DNA of 64,000 nucleotides. Source: an uncultured Nitrososphaeraceae archaeon (GTDB taxonomy: Archaea; Thermoproteota; Nitrososphaeria; Nitrososphaerales; Nitrososphaeraceae). Under the pieces are notes generated by a model. It ran no database searches and had not been told where the DNA came from. It saw only the letters and a list, made by a program, of their open reading frames with translations. Both the position numbers and the translations under genes were made by a program. How positions within the stretch are numbered: the first letter of the stretch is position 1; each line of letters opens with the position of its first letter. The stretch covers positions 128,001-192,000 of the forward strand of contig CAVXZB010000019.1 of assembly GCA_963765895.1 (NCBI GenBank), written 5' to 3'. Shown here piece after piece: positions 55,803 to 64,000 of the stretch.

Positions 55803-56600
55803 TTATGAAGAGCTGACCTCTATCTCCTCCTCTTCATTCTGACTTTCTGTTTGTTCTTCAGTTTCATCGGATGATGATTGTCGGTTCTTGCGCTTTCGGC
55901 GGTTGTCAGCCTTCAATTTTGCTAATTCTTGCTCCACTGATCCATTAACTGAAGCCTTTTGAAGCTCTCTTTCAATCTCATCTGAACCTGCGTCTGATGA
56001 TGTGTAATCGGTAAGAGTTCCTGATTCTAGCATTTCATCCAGTGCCTGCGATTTCGCTTTCATTTGTTCTGTCTTATCCTCTGCCCTGTTCATAGCCATG
56101 CCTACATCGGCCATCTCCTCAGAAATGCCAGTTATACTCTCCTTGATTCTAACTTGGGCTTCAGCGGCGGTGTATTGAGCCTTGATCACTTCTTTCTTCG
56201 ATCTGAACTCTTCAACTTTGGTAGAAAGCCTTTTTTCGGTTTGTTCTAGTTTATCTTGTTCTACTTTCAAGTCATCTATTTGTTTAGCCAGCTGTTGAAG
56301 CTGCATAACATTTGCGTTCTTTCGTTCAAGTGCAAGTTTAGCCAAATCATCCCTGCCAGAATCAACCGCTCTGCTTGCTTGCTCATCCAATGTTCGACTG
56401 TTATCCATGAGCTTTATTTTCTGCATCTCAAGGCGTTTTTTTGCCGTAACAACTTCTGCTATATTTCTCCGCAAATGATTGAGTAACTCAACTTGCTTTG
56501 TATATGAATAATCGAGGGCTTCCTTAGGGTTTTCGAATTTATTAAGAAGAACATTTACCTTTTGCTTAATTAACGTCGTAACACGATTTGTAAGACCCAA
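55803..56600 (-). CDS. pspA: PspA/IM30 family protein
   Basis: ENPKEALDYSY, GRDDLAKLALERK, KAQYTAAEAQ, coiled coil and VEQELAKLK. Confidence 0.92.
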   Translation of the reverse strand: MGLTNRVTTLIKQKVNVLLNKFENPKEALDYSYTKQVELLNHLRRNIAEVVTAKKRLEMQKIKLMDNSRTLDEQASRAVDSGRDDLAKLALERKNANVMQLQQLAKQIDDLKVEQDKLEQTEKRLSTKVEEFRSKKEVIKAQYTAAEAQVRIKESITGISEEMADVGMAMNRAEDKTEQMKAKSQALDEMLESGTLTDYTSSDAGSDEIERELQKASVNGSVEQELAKLKADNRRKRKNRQSSSDETEEQTESQNEEEEIEVSSS

Positions 56601-56868
56601 ACTCTTTTCTATTATAGACTTCTCACTATTTCTTATTAAATCTAGTGAAAAACCTAGTTAGGTAGACTTCAGTTAGAAATCTGAAAATCATAATAATGAA
56701 CAGATCATCTATTTAATAGTCGAGGCGGAAATTTCTTTATGGTCCAAGATCGGAATAATTTAAGGGGCCTGGGGCGAATGAATTGAATAACTTTAGATTT
56801 ATAGACAAGATTACAAATTAACCTTGTTAACTAGTATTTATATCGCATATTGTAACTATACATTTACT

Positions 56869-57045
56869 ATGGCTATCAAAAAAGAGTGTCCCGAGAAGTA
56901 CGATTGGTGGCTAAATGAGCTAGAATCTTTAGGCGTCAGTGTTAAGGTATTAAATGATCTAAACAATATTCAAGAAGTAAGCGAGCTAACCGAAAATCTT
57001 AAGCAGACTTTCTATCAAGAATATAAGACTACATATTCTGAATGA
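56869..57045 (+). CDS. Small hypothetical protein
   Basis: 58-aa ORF from MAIKKECP. Confidence 0.45.
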   Translation: MAIKKECPEKYDWWLNELESLGVSVKVLNDLNNIQEVSELTENLKQTFYQEYKTTYSE

Positions 57046-57688
57046 ATATGCTATAGCCAGAATCCTTCCACATTTATCACACCACAAGGTGGAGGTTATT
57101 TAATGAATGTATAAAGTCATATCATTAATGTGTAAAACAATGCGGAACTTTGCAATTACATTCATCTTCTTGATACTTAGCCGACAAATCCCGGGCCAGT
57201 TTTAGAATCCTCATTTATAAAAGTCCTTGCATGTGTGTCATTGGCTTGATTAACTACTTTCTTACCTATACAGATAGAACTAGATAAAGTTCCTTACTTA
57301 ACTCGTCGGACAGGCCCTCGGGGATTGCTTGGATTGACTTATCTGTTTGGATTGAACTCCAAAGCATTCTAAACAAGTACAGTCAGCTATTGAATATAAC
57401 ATTCAATAGCCTATTTCTTCAGGTACAATGGACACTTATTTAAATACAAAGTTATGTCATAGAGACTAAATAGATCTTTATGTTCAATAGAAACTGATAG
57501 GAACCTTAGTACAAACAACGATTCATAATAAATACTTAATATTCAACACGTTTTCTAATGATGTCGGATTTACATGAAGCAAGCGCTATGGTAATTATTA
57601 CTACATTAGCAAACCCAGATGATAAACGCAGTGGCGAGTCCAGAGCCATAATTGGAAAACCTCGCTATTCATTAGAGGATTTAGAAAA

Positions 57689-60600
57689 TTGATAAAATCA
57701 AGTCATACCTCGGCAATGCGCAGCTGCGGAATCGTTTGCGCAATTTCACTAGTGGTGCTATCAATTTTTAACCAAAACCAATTTGCATCGGCTCAATTAA
57801 CATTTGATCCAAATAATAAATTTGCCAGCTTATTCGGAGACAGTGCAGACGTTAAAACTACCAATAACGTCAAAACGTATCAAATCAACAATCCTACGGT
57901 CTCCAAAAGTCCCTGTACAGACCTCCCAGTAGCGTCTGTGACTTCCAGTGGTGGAACTAATGGAAATAGTGCATTCCGGGCGGTTGATAAGGATGAAGGA
58001 ACAAAATGGTCTTCAAAAGGGACAGGATCCTATCTCCAAGCGGATCTAGGTTCTTCGAAGGCCGTATGCAGTGTTGGAATTGCGTGGGATAAGAGCAATC
58101 ACAAGACTTATGATTTTGTACTGTCTGCATCAAATGGTACTTCAAACTTTAAGGATATTTTGAAAGGATTCTAGTACTAGGAGTTCGGATTATCAATCCT
58201 ATGACTTAGGAAAGATTCATGCCCAATACATAAAGGTTACTCTAGTCAGTAACGGCAATGGCCATGATAGATCCGCGTCCATTAAGGAGTTGAGTGTAAA
58301 GGGCGGAGACGCCCCTGTAAATGTCCCCTCAGTAGCCGCGAGTGTAAAGGGCGGAGACGCCCCTGTAAATGTCCCCTCAGCTCCGAGTGTAAAGGGTGGA
58401 GACGCCCCTGTAAATGTCCCTCAGCTACGGCATCTAGATGTTATAAGCTAGGGATCACTGAATTAAGGGCATCTTCTAGTGATGGGGCTAACACACCGGA
58501 CAATTCCATTGATAATAATCTAAGTACGCGATGGTCAAGCTCAGATAACGCAGCCTATATTCAAGCCGATGTAGGCTCTGTAAAGAGAATCTGTGGAGCA
58601 AGTATTGCATGGTTCAAAGGAGATTCCAGACAGTACTTATTTGCAATAACTACTTCTAGGGATGGGACAAATTATCAATCTGTCTTTAGAGGAATAAGCA
58701 GCGGCGACACAACCCAACCTGAGATCTACCGATTTCATAATACAGATGCTAGATACGTAAAGATAATGGTGACTAGCAACACCGGTAATGACGGCATCGG
58801 AATAAGTGAGCTTGCAGTTTATGGCACCGCTAGACAAAACAGCCCACCACCACAACCACCAGGTAATCCACCACCATCAAAGAACCATGAGCCTTTGGTT
58901 AAGGATATAACAGGTCTTACAACCCCACAAGATACATCTAGGCAAATATCAATAACGGTTTACGATCCTGACACCAAAGATAACGCTACGATTCAAGTAG
59001 TTAGACAACCAAATCACGGAACTGTGGATGCAGGTTCTACCCAGAATAGTTTCAGGTACATTCCTGATAACGGCTATCACGGCTTAGACAACTTCACATA
59101 TCAGGCAACAGATAATCACGGGGCAAAGAGTAACATAGCAACAGTCAGTATATTAGTAGAGCTTGTAAATCATCCTCCAAAAGCTGAAGAGATAACCGGT
59201 ATAATAACCTCTGAAGATAAGCCTGTTCAAATTAGTGCGAAAGTAACCGATCCGGATATTGGTGATACGGTTAGGGTAATTCCGGTCACTCAACCTACTC
59301 ATGGTTCTGTCACGGTCAATAGCACGTCAAGCATCTTTACATATTCTCCTAATAAGGGATATTTTGGTGATGACAACTTTACTTACCAGGGTATAGATGA
59401 CCATGGGGTAAAGAGTAACGTGGCAGCCATTAGTATAAGAGTAAATGCTCCACCCGCTGTAAAAGATCTAACAGTCTTTTCTGTTCAGGATACATCCATT
59501 TCGATACCTCTAACCGGAACAGACCCTGATACTGCACGAGGAGATACTGTATCTCTAGCTATAGTGGACAAGCCGACCCACGGTAATGTCACTCTAGATG
59601 CAATCTCAAAGAATTATGTCTACAAGCCAGCTTCTAACTATACTGGGGACGATGCATTTACGTATCAGGCAACAGATAACCACGGCGCTAAGAGCAACAT
59701 TGGTACTGTGAGTATAACAGTTTTACCAGTCCAATCGTCCTACCACCACCCCAGCCATCAAATCACCACCTACAGTACAGAATACAAATATAACAACTAA
59801 ACAAGACACAGCTGTAACTATTCCAATAACAGTGTCTGATCCTGATCAAGGAGATACAGCAACAATTACCAATACGAATTCTCCATCTCATGGGACGATA
59901 GCACTGGGTTCTGATAAGACTAGTTTTGTATATACACCAACTACAGGATTCTCAGGCTCAGATAGTTTCACTGTTCAGGCAACTGATAGTCACGGGGCAA
60001 AAAGCAATGTAGCTACGATAAGTATTACGGTTACTGCTACGGGCCAAACTCCACCACCACCATCAAATCAACCACCTACAGTACAGAATACAAATATAAC
60101 AACTAAACAAGACACAGCTGTAACTATTCCAATAACAGTGTCTGATCCTGATCAAGGAGATACAGCAACAATTACCAATACGAATTCTCCATCTCATGGG
60201 ACGATAGCACTGGGTTCTGATAAGACTAGTTTTGTATATACACCAACTACAGGATTCTCAGGCTCAGATAGTTTCACTGTTCAGGCAACTGATAGTCACG
60301 GGGCAGAAAAGCAATGTAGCTACGATAAGTATTACGGTTACTGCTACGGGCCAAACTCCACCACCACCACCATCAAATCAACCACCTACAGTACAGAATA
60401 CAAATATAACAACTAAACAAGACACAGCTGTAACTATTCCAATAACAGTGTCTGATCCTGATCAAGGAGATACAGCAACAATTACCAATACGAATTCTCC
60501 ATCTCATGGGACGATAGCACTGGGTTCTGATAAGACTAGTTTTGTATATACACCAACTACAGGATTCTCAGGCTCAGATAGTTTCACTGTTCAGGCAACT

Positions 60601-61473
60601 GATAGTCACGGGGCAAAAAGCAATGTAGCTACGATAAGTATTACGGTTACTCCCTCAACTACAGGGGGAGGAGGCGGAGGTACTGGTCAGGGTGTCGACA
60701 AGTTTGGCATAAAAGAGATATATCCTACTAAACCAGGTGGTGAAGAATGGTTCATGAATATGCAGGATCCCAATCATGACAAACGTACCTCACCACCAAG
60801 TATGACACAAAACTCAGATGGAAGTTGGAAAGTAACCAGCGGCAAAGTTAGGTACGGGGTGTTTACTTCCACTGGATATCATCCTGATCAGATAAAGTAC
60901 AAAACTGACGAAAAGGCAATGGAAAAGCAAGGATATATGCAATCACCTAACGACTGGAAGAATATCGAAATGACTGGCCAAGTTAAGTTTGTTAGCGGCG
61001 ATAGTGGTGACAGTTGGACCTGGTATGCGAGAGGCGGAACACATACAGGAAGTGGAAATCCCTCAGGATGTGAAGGTACAGCATATAAGGCTGATTTATT
61101 TTATGGCAGCGGGCAAGTTCGATATGCAAAAGAACAATGGCACGTCCACTATCTATTCACCGGATCTAAACCGTCGCCAGCAATTAGTAATGGAAAGTTC
61201 GTTGGATTTAAAGCCGCTATGTACAATATAATTCAGAACGGACAGACTGCGGTAAAACTTGAAATCTGGGTAGATCCGAACAATAACAATTCATGGCAAA
61301 AGGTTTACGAACACGTAGACAGTGGCGGTTGGGGAGATGACGGTCAAGAATGCGGTGGTGCAACGGATCAACTGATAACTTGGGGAGGACCTATTGCTAC
61401 ATTCAGATGGGACAATGCAAACAATGTGTCCATAAAGAACCTCAGTGTAAGAGAAATACAACCTCCACAGTAG
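57689..61473 (+). CDS. Large secreted surface protein: 2 discoidin (F5/8C) domains, ~6 Ig-like/cadherin-like repeats and a C-terminal beta-sandwich domain (4 apparent frameshifts)
   Basis: Signal peptide; AVDKDEGTKWS/SIDNNLSTRWS and LQADLG discoidin motifs; repeated DPD..P.HG..Y.P..GF.G.D.FT..ATD.HG.KSN; shifts at ~58170, ~58420, ~59745 and ~60306 join the ORFs. Confidence 0.85.
58292..58424 (+). repeat. Three 41-bp direct repeats encoding an SVKGGDAPVNVPS linker
   Basis: GAGTGTAAAGGG(C/T)GGAGACGCCCCTGTAAATGTCCCCTCAG at 58292, 58340 and 58385. Confidence 0.93.
59755..60650 (+). repeat. Three near-identical ~305-bp tandem repeats (one Ig-like domain each)
   Basis: Units start at ~59755, ~60060 and ~60370 and are almost nucleotide-identical. 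Confidence 0.95.
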
Positions 61474-61952
61474 TATCCCATCAGCCCACTTTCCGGGTTC
61501 CAACTTTATTTTTAAATACTTAACCCACTTGTTGTTATATCTTGACTTATTTTGAAAACTCTATTACCGAGGTAATAGTTATTATTATTATTATTATAAA
61601 TCCCGATAAAATCCTAATCATTGTGGCTAATTATGTATTTTCGATTGCTATCCTAGTGTTATTGAAATGAGTAACAAGCGAAATAAAATGAATGGAGGCC
61701 TGTTCTATATCAATAACTTGTAAGGTAAAACTAGACACTCTTGTCATTTCAATAATAACATATGAGGCATACCGACGATGCAAAAAGAGATTAGGCTTTA
61801 ATTTATCCTAGGGCTACAATAGACTAGAAAGATCGTCCTAGCTTGAAATGAGGTATCATAGTGGTAGTGCTCGGCCGGCCCGCTTCCGAAAAACAGTCGA
61901 TGAGGATTGTCGAATATATGTGATATAGTCGGTTTGTCGACAATTTCCTAAG

Positions 61953-64000
61953 TCACTCAAAATGATGATAATCTCTAAGGTAATCAATCGTTGGGGTGTT
62001 TTTCCTAACCCATTCCAATGTATTGATAAATGAGATAGCTGCCTCGTGGGTTGTCAGGACAGGAACACCCATTTCAACTGCTTTTCGACGAATTTGGTAC
62101 TCGTCATCCAACATACCAACGTACTTTTCAGCAGTAGAAGTCGAAGGTATATTTATAATGAAGTCAATTTTCCTGCTAAATAAAAGATCTGATATGTTGG
62201 GCTTTCTATCAGGCTCGCTAATTTTATATACCAGTTTCAATTTGACTGCGTCAATATTTCTTGATATGTATTCTGCGGTATGTTCGGTGGCAAGAATATC
62301 GTATCCCATCATTGCTACCTTTGATACTAGAGGCAAAATCCTTTCCTTATTTCTTTGACCACCCACGGTGATTAATGCCGAACCTTTTGTTGGTAATGAA
62401 TAACCGGCGGCCCTGTAAGCCTTGGATAATGCATCGTAAAAACTTTTGCCAAAGCATGCAACTTCACCCGTTGATTGCATCTCTACCCCAAGGACGATGT
62501 CAGCTCCTTCCAGCTGCATGAAAGAAAACTGTGGGACTTTGATCCCAAATTCAGTCGTTTTTAACCAAAGATCCTTAGCGCCCTGAGTAATCGAATGACC
62601 AATCATGGCTTCAGCTGCCAGCTTGATGAGATTTACTCCGATAAATTTTGAAACAAATGGCATGGATCGAGAAGCTCTTACGTTTGCCTCAATTACCGAT
62701 ACTTCGCTCTCTTTTACCAAATACTGTATATTAAATGGTCCAGTTACTTTGAGTGCCTTACCTATTCTTACAGTATAATCGATTATGGTCTCAATTGTTT
62801 CCCGGTCTAGCCTCCAGGGTGGAATACACATCATCGCGTCACCAGAATGGACACCTGCATTATCGATATGTTCAACAATCGATCCGATCACTACATCTTT
62901 CCCGTCTGCGCCAACAGCATCAACTTCTACTTCTGAAGCATCTTGTAGAAATTTACTAATTACAATCGGGTGATCTGGGCTCACCTTTGAGGCAGCTAAT
63001 AGAAACTGTTCTAGCTGATATTCTGCCCATACCACTTTCATGGCAGCACCGCTTAAAACATATGATGGTCGCACAAGTACGGGATATCCTACTTCCATTG
63101 CAAACCTTTTTGCCTCTGACACATTAGTAAAGATCTTCCATGCCGGTTGCTTAATCCTTAACTGGTCGAGAAGCCTACCAAATTTGGATCTATTTTCGGC
63201 TTTGTCCACGTTTTCGCTGCTTGTCCCAATTATCTGGATGCCGTGTCGAGACAGGAGAGGAGTTAGGTTGTTCGCCGTTTGTCCTCCTACGCAAGTTACT
63301 ATGCCAGACGGATTCTCCTTCTCACAAATATCCATCACTCTTTCAAATGTTAACTCCTCAAAGTATAACCGATCACATATATCATAATCAGTAGAAACGG
63401 TTTCAGGATTACAGTTAATAATGGAGACCTTTTTGACACCACTTTCTTTGAGTCCCCATACCATATTTACTGTTCCCCAATCAAATTCAACGCTACTTCC
63501 TATCCTGTATGGTCCAGCTCCTAGCACTACGACGGAGTCTATCTTCTGTTGGTCGTTATTACGTCGATTGTTATATTCAGCCGTCTGAGAGCTGTTATTC
63601 GGATTATCTTTTTTCACCAATGAATCCGGCATTTGCAGACGAATTGTCTCAGAATTCGTATGATGATTAGAAGTTGTGCTAAATCCTTGATTAATCTGAC
63701 TTTGTAGGGCCGAGGATTCATGAGCGAATAGAATGTCATCTATATCTCCACCATATGTCAGGTAAAGGTAGTTTGTTTTTGCTGGCCATTCAGCAGCTAA
63801 GGTATCAATCTGTTTGACAACTGGGATTATCCCAAAAGTTTGTCTTAGTAGTCTCACGTTTTCTTCGTTTAAACCAACACACCTAGCGATTTGTTTGTCG
63901 GAAAAACCGATTTTTTTTGAGCCCTAAGTAAGGATTGCTCCAACTTGGAATTTACTAACTTATTTTCCATTCCAATGATATTTTCAAAACTTGCCAAAAA
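61953..64000 (-). CDS. carB: Carbamoyl-phosphate synthase large subunit, 3' part (begins beyond window end)
   Basis: IDTLAAEWP, GAGPYRIGSSVEFD, NPETVSTDYD, RPSYVLSG, GVHSGDA, EMQSTGEV and MGS domain. Confidence 0.96.

Noticed and set aside
58292-58424. Three 41-bp repeats as a mini-CRISPR array
   Set aside because: Spacers are only 4-7 nt, the repeats are in frame within a protein linker, and there are no cas genes.
114-63387. Numerous short antisense ORFs overlapping conserved genes
   Set aside because: Shadow ORFs with no independent motifs.

Overview
AT-rich archaeal chromosome segment, most consistent with a soil ammonia-oxidising archaeon of the Nitrososphaeraceae. This is inferred from Alba, TFB, S25e, Rpo6, G1P dehydrogenase, the PoK/PPS CoA route with PanB, and lineage-typical small secreted proteins. 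The first ~35 kb is mostly housekeeping: Lhr helicase, tRNA thiolase-like, aCPSF1-like, EgsA, SlyD, aminotransferase, Xaa-Pro peptidase, the CoA operon, PhoU, tRNA-Arg(CCT), Ino1, DNA ligase and WecB. The 35-62 kb part is a gene-sparse accessory zone ending in a large surface protein and carB. Many genes are split by 1-2 nt frameshifts that look like long-read consensus errors, and many of these sit on the palindromes AGCT, GTAC or GATC. Best candidates for undescribed systems: (1) four dispersed paralogous secreted proteins with a CGNG-x7-CQ disulfide motif, a curli-like QxQGxxNxA repeat, different low-complexity tails and a shared ~50-bp upstream element; (2) a truncated CysRS paralogue with an altered Zn site, coupled to a GNAT and next to Ino1, resembling mycothiol MshC/MshD logic; (3) an ebo-like prenyltransferase/phosphodiesterase/TIM-barrel operon; (4) an orphan structured RNA element at 50.6 kb; (5) an inactive RadA-like gene with a direct-repeat operator. 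All calls come from reading the sequence; no database searches were run.
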